64,000 nt of DNA from Craspedostauros australis. Taxonomy: Eukaryota. The position numbers and the translations under genes were made by a program. This document shows positions 25,820-36,453 of the stretch, piece by piece. Below the pieces are notes generated by a model. The model saw only the letters and a program-made list of their open reading frames with translations. It had not been told where the DNA came from and did no database searches. Numbering within the stretch: position 1 is the stretch's first letter; every line of letters begins with the position of its first letter. The stretch is from assembly GCA_030167865.1 (NCBI GenBank), contig JALAGF010003586.1, forward strand, positions 62,001 through 126,000, read 5' to 3'.

Positions 25820-27016
25820 ATGTCCAAGTTCACAGCAACCACTTCCGCCACCAACGCCGCAGCGTTTGCCAGCATTCTGCTGTTGGCACTCGCCGGGTTG
25901 CAAGGCGCCGACGCCCACGGTCTCATGAACAACCCACCTGCTCGCAACCAGTACTGCGGTGTCATCACCAAGCCACACGAGGTGGACAATGGGGTCGCTG
26001 AGTATCCAGAGTGCGGCACAGCGTTCAACTACTTGGGGCCAGATAAGAAGACGAAGGGCTACGAGTTCATGAGCGTCCTGACCCACGATGTCGGATTGGC
26101 GGGCGTCTCCGCACTTCCCAATCACGTTTGCGGCTTTGACGCGGAGACCTTCCAGTTTGGAGCAACGCCTTGGGATGCTCCCATGAATTGGCCCACCACC
26201 ACCATCTCACCCGGTCGTCTCGAGATCGAGTGGGACATCTTCTGGGGCCCACACTTTGATGACACCGAGGAGTTCCGCTACTGGATCACCAAGGAGGACT
26301 TCGTGTTTGACGAGACGCGCGAGTTGACATGGGATGACTTTGACAGCGACGCATTCTGCGTCCTCTTCTACGATGATGCCAACCCAACCGCCAACCCGGA
26401 CGTCACGTCGAACAAGGGCGAAACCTGGTTCCGCACATACTGCGACATCCCCGACCGCCCAGGGCGCCATGTCATCTACGGCGAGTGGGGTCGCAACCAG
26501 TTCACCTACGAACGCTTCCATGGATGCATCGATGTCGTGATCGAGGGAGGAAGCAACCCAACCCCCACGCCGCCATCCCCAACTCAAGCACCAGCACCAT
26601 CTCCAACTCAAGCACCAGTGCCATCTCCGACCGAAGCACCTGTCACCTCCGAAAACGACCCAACCGTCTCGCCAACATTCACACCATCCACATCCCCAGT
26701 CTCCCCGCCCACCGCCCACCAGGCCGGCGATTGCACCGTCACCGTGCGCGACGGCAACAACCAATGGTTCGGTGGATTGGACGTCGGCTTCACGGGAAGC
26801 ACTGCCGTGCTCAACTTCGCAGGCACCGGATTGGACCTTGCCTCCATCCCCAACGATAAGCTCCAGGGTGTGTTCCATAACGTCGTGAAGTCCGGCAGCA
26901 CCATGGAGATCACCAATCCTGGCTGGGTGTCTCTGAACACCCTCGGCTTCATCGGCTTCGGCGGACCCAATGCCGGCCTGGCCAACTTTGTGGCCCCGAC
27001 CTGCATCACCTTCTAA
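25820..27016 (+). CDS. Secreted AA10 lytic polysaccharide monooxygenase + P/T linker + CBM2-like C-terminal module
   Basis: 32-aa signal peptide ending ADA, then His1 (HGLMNNPPARNQYCG). Second His in WGPHF, followed by YWITK, LTWDDFD and GRHVIYGEWGR...ERFHGCIDV. PSPTQAP linker repeats. Intronless. Confidence 0.92.
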   Translation: MSKFTATTSATNAAAFASILLLALAGLQGADAHGLMNNPPARNQYCGVITKPHEVDNGVAEYPECGTAFNYLGPDKKTKGYEFMSVLTHDVGLAGVSALPNHVCGFDAETFQFGATPWDAPMNWPTTTISPGRLEIEWDIFWGPHFDDTEEFRYWITKEDFVFDETRELTWDDFDSDAFCVLFYDDANPTANPDVTSNKGETWFRTYCDIPDRPGRHVIYGEWGRNQFTYERFHGCIDVVIEGGSNPTPTPPSPTQAPAPSPTQAPVPSPTEAPVTSENDPTVSPTFTPSTSPVSPPTAHQAGDCTVTVRDGNNQWFGGLDVGFTGSTAVLNFAGTGLDLASIPNDKLQGVFHNVVKSGSTMEITNPGWVSLNTLGFIGFGGPNAGLANFVAPTCITF

Positions 27017-27052
27017 AATGGATAGGCGCAGCGCAATCCGACTGACTCCGTG

Positions 27053-27062
27053 TCTCTCTCTC

Positions 27063-27100
<38 letters not shown>
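27053..27100. repeat. (TC)n/(GA)n microsatellite that forms a perfect 22-bp palindrome
   Basis: TCTCTCTCTCT|AGAGAGAGAGA at 27053-27074, followed by more (GA)n. Confidence 0.85.
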
Positions 27101-27890
27101 CGAAGCATGCGCAACAACACAAACCTACATACGCACAGAAAGATACAATTAGAGACGCACAATGGCACAACGGCGGCGGATCATGCACACAGACAGAAAA
27201 AGAAACTACATACGTACTATATACTATTGCACGAGTATAACACTATCATGCGATAACACACAAATAAAAAGAAACAAATTGCACCATGTCGTTCTGCACA
27301 CTTGGTAAGGTACATGTACGTACGGGTGTTCCTTCACTTTGCTCTATCTTCGAATGGATACCATGGATCAGACAAGGTGATCAAATGGTTCGGAATGCAA
27401 TACCGACGCACGCCAGACGGAGGAATGTTGATGGAAGGAGATTCGGCACTCCTGAAGACTTGTTTCTCCCTTTCGCGCGTCGAACTGCCGCTCCAACCAC
27501 CGTGACACATCGCCAACCAACAACACCGATGATGCAACTCGTGACTGCATTGCGCGAATTTCTCACCCGTCTCCGCCAAATCCTCTCCGGCTGTTCTGTT
27601 CTTTCGTCATTCGTTGCATAGTACCTTGACAAGAAACACGTTGTTGCGCGCAAAATGAGCAGAGCCCAAGTGCAACACATGCAGAGGCAAAGGACACAAG
27701 AAAGCCAGTTCAAAGTTTGTCGCTGCAGACGACGATTGTTGCAGTCGTAATCGCAACCACAATCGCAACCGTCACATTTGGGTGTCGAGGAGCAGAGTAC
27801 TCCGCCTCCAATTAGCGCAGTTCCGTCGACAGTTCACCTCAGGGTTGTGCATTCTCAAAGGAGGAGAACCGGATTGCGAGGATCGCCAAC

Positions 27891-30800
27891 ATGCCAGGTT
27901 CCAACCCCAACGGACATGATGAGGAGACGACGCCTCTCGTGAAGGAAGCATCGACGACGGCAACGGCCGCAGATGCGAAGGAGACGATCGGAGGCACGAC
28001 GCCCGTGCTGAACGGATTCAAGGTGTACAAGGCCATGTCCAAGTGCTGCGGCTGCAAGAGCACGCCCAGCACCAGCGACAGCGGCAGTTCGACCATCGAG
28101 GAAGATGCCTGGAGCTACTTTGAGAAGATCCGGCTGCCGCGCCGCGTCCCGGTGTCCACGACGGCCGATGGCAAGGTCCGCTACCGCAAGGCAGATCCTG
28201 GCACGCCGGGATCCGTGCTGTACCCGGCATGGACCACCAAGATCGAGGATCTGTCCGACTTTGGCACGGGCATCGCCGTCTACTTCATGACGCTGCGGGC
28301 CACGGCGATCATGTGCTTCATCGCAGGTCTCATGTACATTCCCAGCCTGGTGTACTACGGATCTGACGAGTACGGTGCGTCGGATGGCAGCTACGCCGAC
28401 AATTTCCTGCTGCAGTCCTCCATGCTTTGCCCTGCGGCGGAATGGGTGCCTTGCCCCACCTGCACACCGGAGGAATGGTTCGACAACATGGATCGCATCG
28501 CCACCATCGTCAGCAGGGACGAGGATGGCACGGTCACGGGATCCTCCGCGCTCTACTTCGTGCTGCAGACCACCTGCGCGCCGTTGCGATGGCAGGAGGG
28601 TGCCAACCACCTCCTCGTCGTCGTCTTCCTCTTCCTGGGATTGCTGTGGCTGGGACATTACCAAAAGAACATGGAGCTCAAGGCGGATGAGGACATCCTC
28701 TCGGCCTCCGATTACAGCATCCAGATTGACAACCCGCCGCAGATGTCGGAGCAGACAGGACCGTTGACCTACGACCCCAAGGATCCCAAGGTCTGGAGGG
28801 ACTTCTTCCAGCAGTTCGGGCATGTGGTCTACATCACCATCGCGCTCAACAATCACGACCTGTGTCTGGCGCTGGCCAAGCGTCGTTCCCTGCTGCAGAA
28901 GCTGGGGTACAGCAACCCGCATGCGAACGACGGCATCGCAGCGGACGGGGACGAATCCGCGGTCTATGTTGGAGCAGGCTCTGGCGGACGCGCCAAGTTC
29001 GTGCTGCCATCAGCGGATTCCCGCACGGCCCGCAAGCACCCCGAGGCGTACAAGCAGCTCGTGGAGCTCACGGAGGAATGCAAGGTCCTGGTGCAGAAGT
29101 CCTACGAGATCTCAGCAGTCTTTGTCACGTTCGATAAGGAGAGTGCCCAACGCGCTGCGCTCAAGGCACTCCTCGTGGGGCAGGTCTACGTCAACTCCAA
29201 CGACACCTCCGTGTTGGCACCGGAGCACGTCTTCCAAGAGTCCATGGTGCTGGATGTCATGGAGGCGAACGAACCATCCGCCATTCGCTGGCAGGATCTC
29301 GATGAAACCATGCTCATCAAGTTGAAGGAGCGCTCCCTTAGCTTCATTCTCACGGTCATGATCATCGGCGCCGGCTTTTGGTTTGTGGAATTGTCGTTCG
29401 AGTACTCCGTCCAGAGGGCCGCCATCGTCATCACCCTCCTCAACATCATCGTACCGCACATCTTCAAGGCCGTCAACATGCTGGAGAGTCATCAGACCGA
29501 GGGCAGCTACCAGGCCAGTCTCTACACCAAGATCTGCGTCTTCCGTTGGATCAACACCGCCATCGTCACGCTCCTCATCAAGCCCAGCACCGCCACGCTC
29601 ACCAACTCCACGCAGGGACTCATCACGGCCATCTACACCATCCTCAAGGCCGAGCTCATGATCGCGCCCATCGTGCACGTTCTGGATATCGGTCACAACA
29701 TCCGAAGGCACCTTGTGTCGCGTCTCGTCGGCAAGTCCGCAGCGAACCCGGATTCCCTCACTCATTCCTCCATGATCTACATGCACTTCACGGGATCCAA
29801 GCAGAACCTGGGCGAAAAGTACACCAACCTCACCAAGACCCTCTTCATCGCCTTCCTGTACTCCGTGATCTTCCCCGCCGGTTACTTCCTTGCCGCCGCC
29901 GCCCTCTACATGACCTACGTCACGGACAAGTTCCTCCTCGTGCGATCGTGGGGACCCATGGCAGAGGTGAGCGACCAGGTGGCCCACATCAGCCGGCGCT
30001 TCTTCCTGCCGCTCTGCCTGGTCACGCTGTGCCTCACGTCGCAGTTCTTCTGGTCGTCGTATCCATTCGATGATGTGTGCGATGCCGACGCCATCGTATC
30101 CGCGCCCGGCACGCCAGGATACCCCAACGGCAGCGCCTCCGGATACCTCGGTACACACGATGTCTTGCCATTGAGCGTCTACAACGCAGGCACGGAAGGT
30201 CTTTACAATGAAAATGATTTCACCCAGATCACTGTTGAGCAGGGCACCGAACTGAAGCAATTCTGCGATCAGGATTACCTGCACCACATGACGGAATTCT
30301 TGGACACCTTCCGTTCCGGAGACGGCAAACACGAAGATGATTGGATGTCGCGCAGTCAACTGATCTTCGCGCATATCTTTGGATTGTCGAGCGTCGTCGT
30401 CTTCTTCGGCTTCATCATTTGGCGCGCCTCGCTGGATGTTCGCCCATGGATGAACGAGTTGTTGTATGGTGGATTCGTAAGTACTCCATTCGATTGCGAG
30501 CAATGCTGTTTCCTCTCTGTTTGGTGTGATGACGATGATGATGCTTCGAACGGATTGAACCACCCATGTATTATGGTATGCCAGAATGCATCCGCCAAGG
30601 CAACTCATACCTCACCTCTGCTTGTCTTCAACTTGATTATTTTTCTCTCGCCGCGTTGCGCAGTCCACGGACGAAGTAGATTCCGGCGAAAGTTACTGCG
30701 ATCAGACCAAGATCAGTGCCTACGTCCCCAGCATCGTCAGCAAGGAGTTTCTGTACCCGTTGTTGGCCTGCGACGTGCGTGACATGGACACCAAGCACAT

Positions 30801-30978
30801 TGGCTGGGTCGATCCATTCCGCAGCCATGACTTCTACAACATGGCGCACGATGTCGACGCGCTGAGGTCGGCAGCTGCCAGCGAACAATCTGGAAGCGAT
30901 GTGACGACAGCCGAAGACACGGAACCCGTGCTGAGCGTCATCAGTTACTTTCCCAGCAACACGAAGAAGACGACCTAG
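27891..30978 (+). CDS. OSCA/TMEM63 (CSC1)-like mechanosensitive/osmosensitive channel; exons 27891-30476 and 30664-30978
   Basis: About 10-11 TM segments. Motifs GTGIAVYF, SDYSIQIDNPP, AVFVTF, EANEPSAIRWQDL and DKFLLVRSW. Intron GTAAGT(30477)...CAG(30663) links to the ORF ending at 30978. Confidence 0.78.
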
Positions 30979-31338
30979 GCGGATGGACATGGTCGTTGAG
31001 AGGAGTGGTGATTGCTGTCTTCAAAACGATGGCATTTCATTCATGATGAATGATTGATTGACCAATTGCATTCGACTCTCACCAGCCACATACCATACCT
31101 GTACATGCACAGAAATGCATGGAACCAGATGAAAACAGAGACGACCTGGGCATGAATACATCGCCAAGGGAAGGAGCGTACAGTATTGGACTTGCGCCAA
31201 CGACACTGTGTCGGTGGCATTCATGTTAAAGTTGCTTACTCACAGCCATAGGGCTTCATGTTATTTCAAAACAGCGGTTTAGAGTATGAGTATTAGTGGT
31301 CTCTGTTTGTGACACTTCTTGGAATGGCCTACAACTGT

Positions 31339-32616
31339 TTAGAAATCGTCGTCGTCATCATCCCAATCAGTGTCATCACCATTGTCTCCCCATCCGTCAT
31401 CATCATCATCGCCAACTTCGGTATCATCGCCGTGATCAAAATCATCATCAAAGTCGTCATCATCGTCCAAATCATCATCATTCAATCGCACGCGACGCCT
31501 CGCGACGAAGGTCCCGATCTGCTTGCCAAACTCCGGCCGTCCTCTTCGCGTTGGCTTGAGCTCGTAGATCTTGCCGACCAGCTTCAACACCGATCGGTCC
31601 GCCATCTTGCGTTCCCACGTGCCCTTGTACCCATACATCCGCGCCTTGTTTTCGCCGATCAAGAAGGCACGTGCTGTGAATTGCATCTTGCGATATCCCA
31701 ATTTGGTGACGTAAAAGCGGTAAGGTTGGATCAAGGTCTTTGTGTGGTCCTGGATGGATTTGATCTTGACGACGCGATGTTTGGACTCGAATTCGATGGT
31801 TGCTACGGATGCGATGGTACGGCCATCGTCGTCGTCCTTGCCGTTGCGTCGTGGGCGACGGCCTTGCGATTGAGACGGCAAAGTGATTTGCTGATCCAAA
31901 CGCCACAATCCATCCACTTCGGCGGGATCCACATGCTTGGGACGCAGCACGCTGTAGGCTAATTTTCCAGATCCAGCCAACGTCTTCCAAGCTGCATCTG
32001 ACGTGACCTTGACGGACTGCTTTGCCATTCGCGTCGTCCAGTGGCTCTTCGGTTTGGATGGTCGCCGTCCCCGCTGCCGTTGCTGCGATTGTCTCGGAGG
32101 CCCAGTGAGGCGATGGTCGTACGTATTCTTTGGACCTGTGTAACTCGGCGGATCTCTTCGCTTTTTTGGAGAGTAATCATCATCCTCGTCGTAGGCGTAT
32201 TCCAAATCGTCTTCATCTTCCGCTTCGTCGTACTCGTCACCATCTTCGAAATCACCATCTTCTTCTTCGTCTTCTTCAAAATCGTAGTCGTCATGGGGAT
32301 CGTCAGCGACGACGCTGCCCCAAGAGGCATCGTCACTTTTCCCACCACCGCGTATCCTCAGGAATGCTGGGGACAACATCGCATGAGCAACGAAGGATGG
32401 TTTGTTACCGACATCATTCCGATGAAGACTTTGCAGATGCTGAAACCTGCTGGGCTGGATGCTTGCTGGCTGTCGACAAGAGCGATGCTGTCTCGTTGTG
32501 GGAGAAATGCTTGCCCATGATGTTGATTGCAACAACACCAGCAGCAACGAAGCAAAGGCGAGCGATCTCCGTCCTGATCTGTGCGTCCGTGGATTCGTCG
32601 TGGAGAGCACCATCAT
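31339..32616 (-). CDS. Secretory-pathway hypothetical protein with acidic tracts and a beta-rich core
   Basis: Signal-like LAFASLLLVLLQSTSWAS, then LRIRGG, D/E tracts, a GLWRL...YKGTWER core and a poly-D tail. Confidence 0.7.
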   Translation of the reverse strand: MMVLSTTNPRTHRSGRRSLAFASLLLVLLQSTSWASISPTTRQHRSCRQPASIQPSRFQHLQSLHRNDVGNKPSFVAHAMLSPAFLRIRGGGKSDDASWGSVVADDPHDDYDFEEDEEEDGDFEDGDEYDEAEDEDDLEYAYDEDDDYSPKKRRDPPSYTGPKNTYDHRLTGPPRQSQQRQRGRRPSKPKSHWTTRMAKQSVKVTSDAAWKTLAGSGKLAYSVLRPKHVDPAEVDGLWRLDQQITLPSQSQGRRPRRNGKDDDDGRTIASVATIEFESKHRVVKIKSIQDHTKTLIQPYRFYVTKLGYRKMQFTARAFLIGENKARMYGYKGTWERKMADRSVLKLVGKIYELKPTRRGRPEFGKQIGTFVARRRVRLNDDDLDDDDDFDDDFDHGDDTEVGDDDDDGWGDNGDDTDWDDDDDDF

Positions 32617-33284
32617 GGTCTCTGAAATGATCGCTGTGGTGGTCGGTGAGGTGCAATGGTGGCTCTTGTGGCGACAGGGTGTGATGGTGTGGATCGTCAC
32701 CTTGTTGGGTTGGTGGCACTTGTGGCAACGATTGGTGGGTGGGTGATAGGGGACGTTTGGGTGTGCCTTGTTGATGCGTTCAGGGAGATTCCTCCGTTTC
32801 GGCAACACAAAATGAGAACCCCAATCGTGATGTCTCATGACACGTGTCAAGGCAACTGCGTTTCAGGGCCCCACAACTACAGTATATCAAAATAGGGTGA
32901 GTACTATGTAACAATGTATAGATACTTCCGAGCCTTACAAGATGGTACTGAAGAGAATGCCAACGAATCAGTCATGGTAAGAGGAATTGTCCACGACTAA
33001 AAGACACAAGCAAACGGGACGAGGAAACACGAAGGCTTTCTGATGTCTCTCTCGTGTTGTCACGCTGAAGTGCCGCGGAGGGGTCATGGAAGAGCGAAAG
33101 ATGTCGCGCACGACAGGCAGCCAAACCAAAACAAGCAAAACAAGCGACACTGGCAGCAGAGAGCAACACACCTCGACCCAAGACAGCAAGAAAGCAAGAC
33201 AAGAAGAGCAAGACACAAACAACACTCCATCATACGAGCACTCCACACAACCAGCTACACTGATCAACTGTTCGAATTGAAACC

Positions 33285-34496
33285 ATGGCGTCGAGACGAC
33301 TGATGAAGGTACGAGAATGCAAGGGTGTGTGACATGGCATCGCGTCCGTGGATGTTGTTGGTTCTGGTGCGCGCGTTTGGCGGCAACCCCCACTGCGGAG
33401 ATCCTGCTCTTCCTGTTGGGTCGTCATCTTGGTCGCCGGCGGGAAATTCTTTCGGGTTCCTCGTGGTGCGGCGATGGGCGTTGTGGCGGGGAGTACGCAG
33501 CCATGCTCATATCATCGTGCTGTGTTGCGTTGTGTTGCGTCCTCAGCGTTGTATGCGACGTTGCATCCAACAGATTCTTGCCGGAGTCTCACCATCACCA
33601 TGATCATCATCCTTTTCCCTGCTGTGCTTGCAAATGTGTATGCATCTTGGTGATCCACCCGCACGCTGCTCATGGCGCGAATCCAACATGGTTCCTTCGC
33701 TTTCGGGTTGGTTCGACTCGGTGATGTCTCGATCTGCGTCCGTGGTGGCGCACGAATCCGATGATCGTCCACATCCTCGTTCACATCGTTGTCCACATGG
33801 TCATCCAAACGACCGACGATCCCATTGACTCTTGTGCGTACATACGTGGATGCGTGGATGGTCCAAACGTCCCATCGGTCGATTGCTTGATCGATTGCTT
33901 GATCGATGGTTCCTGTTCTTCCTGCTTCCGTCATGCGGCATCGCGAACCGTTGCGTTTCCCGCTCCACGCGCCATCCCGCCACTTTCATGGACATTCGAC
34001 GCGACGCGATCTGATACGATGCGACGTTGCTGTGTTCCGCTTGCAATCTCCGTCATCGAACCTGCCGCAACAGGAACGATCCAAACTGGAGGCCGCCCCG
34101 TTGGAATTCTGCCCAGTGATCTCGCTGTCTGGCGACGATCTGTTTCAGTGGGAATGCCACGTGCTTGGACCCGTCGAATCTCCATACGCTGGAGGCACCT
34201 TCGTTCTGAAGCTCGAATTCCCGGCTCAGTATCCATTCAAAGCACCTACCATCAGATTCGCCACCAAGGTGTACCATCCATCCGTCAACCTGCAGTCGGG
34301 GGAGGTCTGCGCGGCCATCGTGGGGACGTGGAGCCCGACCCTGGATGCCAAGCATTGCCTGCAGGTGGTGTACTCCATGCTGCAATCGCCAGACTCCGAC
34401 CATCCGTTGGAGGATGACATCGCTCAGCAGATCCAGACGGATCCGAAAGCATTCGAAAAGATGGCGAAGAAGTACACAAAGGATTTCGCCAAGTAA
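33285..34496 (+). CDS. Ubiquitin-conjugating enzyme E2; exons 33285-33308 and 34074-34496
   Basis: Micro-exon MASRRLMK (donor GTACGA at 33309) splices to ERSKLE...GPVESPYAGGTF...YPFKAP..FATKVYHPSV...GEVC, which carries the catalytic Cys. Confidence 0.92.
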
Positions 34497-35217
34497 AGCC
34501 CCGTCGCTCAATCAATGTTCGTTGGATTTGATGGCACGATTCAATTCAATCGCAGAGAGGAGCAGAGAGTATGCACATTGGCACTACTATCTGTCCAACA
34601 GTTCGATGAGATGGCAGGCGGTGATTGTTTTGCTTCGAATGGCACGAACAAGCGGAGTCTGTCTCATTACCAGATTGGAATGAGTCAATGGACGAACAGC
34701 TGGGTCTATCCGTACTCATAGGTATGTTGATAAGTCAACGACCACGCCCTCACTGATTCGCGCCGGGAACACAACGTGCGAGTCCAGCATCCTCAGTCGC
34801 AGTTTCATCAAGTCAAAAGCGAATCACATCGCATCGATCGATGACACCCGTGGCATGTACAGTCTATGGTAGAGTAGAAAGCAACGCAACAGACGGATAG
34901 AAGTAACGACGCATTTTACCATAAAGTAGATCTTCCAAGAAGGGGGAGAGAGAACGAGTTGATCGGCGCTGACACTGAGGCTGTGTCCAGGTCGTACGTT
35001 GACGGCGCCGTGTCCGCACTGTGGATTCCACAATCGTACGCGAATAGCATCGCACAAGCATCACGTCATGACTTTGCGAGAGGTTATTGCAGCCACTGCT
35101 GCTGCTTCTTCTCCTCCTGCAACGCTGGACGAGCTATGCAATGGTATTGAAACAGAATGCTTCGCCAGTCCTCCCCCAGCACTCCACCATGCACAGCTCG
35201 CTCTCATGAATACTCTC

Positions 35218-35856
35218 CTAAGCCACGTTGTTGGCTTCATCCGTCAGCTGCCACGCATCCTCGATATCCACGTCGATGATCTCCGGAATGCGCTGCACCA
35301 AGTACGACGTCACGCGATCCAAAACCGTCTCGCGCTGATGCCAGAATCGGCCCTTCAACCGCAAGATGACGATGGGACCGTCCATCTCGACAAAGTCGAC
35401 GCCGCCCGTGATGCCGACGCCGCGATTCTCGGCCGTGTAGCCGAACAACGTTCCGATCTCCTCGCGGCAGGCGCTCAGCACGCCCTTGACCGTGTCCTCG
35501 TCCAGCGGTAGCTGACTACCGGCCGGCACCCAGATGGCCTCGGCGTCGTTGATGATCTCCGGTGGTTCCAGCGACGCGCCGACGCGGGCCTTGTCCTCCT
35601 GCGTGTCCTCCTCCTTGGCATAGTCGGTGGAGTCGATGGACTCCAGGTCGTCCTCGTCCTCCAAGTAATCAAAGTTGGACCAGTCGCTCAATCGCAAGGT
35701 CGTCGTTGTCGCCATGCTGCCAGCACATGTAGCGCTGCTGCGCGAAGCTGATCGCTGAGCGGCCAACGTCGTTGCGGACGGCATCCACGCGTTGGCGCTG
35801 TCCAGCATGGCGCAGCTTGCGATCAGCAGCATCGATGGGATGGATCTGGCGGGCAT
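35218..35856 (-). CDS. Plastid-targeted NifU C-terminal-domain-like protein lacking CxxC
   Basis: Signal peptide ending SANA-W. GGVDFVEMDGPIVILRLKGRFWH...LVQRIPEIIDV follows the NFU fold pattern. Confidence 0.75.
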   Translation of the reverse strand: MPARSIPSMLLIASCAMLDSANAWMPSATTLAAQRSASRSSATCAGSMATTTTLRLSDWSNFDYLEDEDDLESIDSTDYAKEEDTQEDKARVGASLEPPEIINDAEAIWVPAGSQLPLDEDTVKGVLSACREEIGTLFGYTAENRGVGITGGVDFVEMDGPIVILRLKGRFWHQRETVLDRVTSYLVQRIPEIIDVDIEDAWQLTDEANNVA

Positions 35857-36453
35857 GGTGATGGATATTATGCGATAGAATATTATGTAATGTAATACGT
35901 ATGATGTGAGAGCAGCTCAGTCGAGTGATTGATCGATCGATTGACTTGGTGGTTGATGTGCACTTTGACAGTTGAGGTGGTTGTGTTGTGACTTCAACTT
36001 CGAACAGCTGCGTGGTGGGTTGTGGATCCATCGAAGGACGTCATCATCACGAAATGGAAAGATCTGCGTGACGTTTGTGACGCGATTTGGTTCTTCGGCG
36101 ACACAGACGCTCTACCCTTCTCACGCTACGAATCATCGCAATCGGCAGACATGGCTTCGTGTGACCTTGTCGTGTCGCACAAGATCTCGCCGCAGAGTGT
36201 TAACCAATACTCTACTCTGTGTAGGTAGCGATTATATGACATGAACTACTGATGCAAGCTTATTGCTAGCATTCCCAAATTCTTACTCTTCAACTGTCTG
36301 CCCGGAAATCGTTTCCGATGCATCAGCACTCTGCAGAGTGCGATTGTGCCAGAGCACCAACCAATGTGAACCTTCCCCCATCGTGCGTCTTGTGTGATGT
36401 CCTCCGCCACCGATTTCCACAATACGCCCGGCTTGACATCACTGCGTTGCTCT

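Noticed and set aside
3108-27016. GH18 and LPMO as a chitin-utilisation cluster
   Set aside because: They are 21 kb apart with unrelated genes between them. The GH18 looks inactive and ER-retained, and the LPMO resembles the cellulose-active clade.
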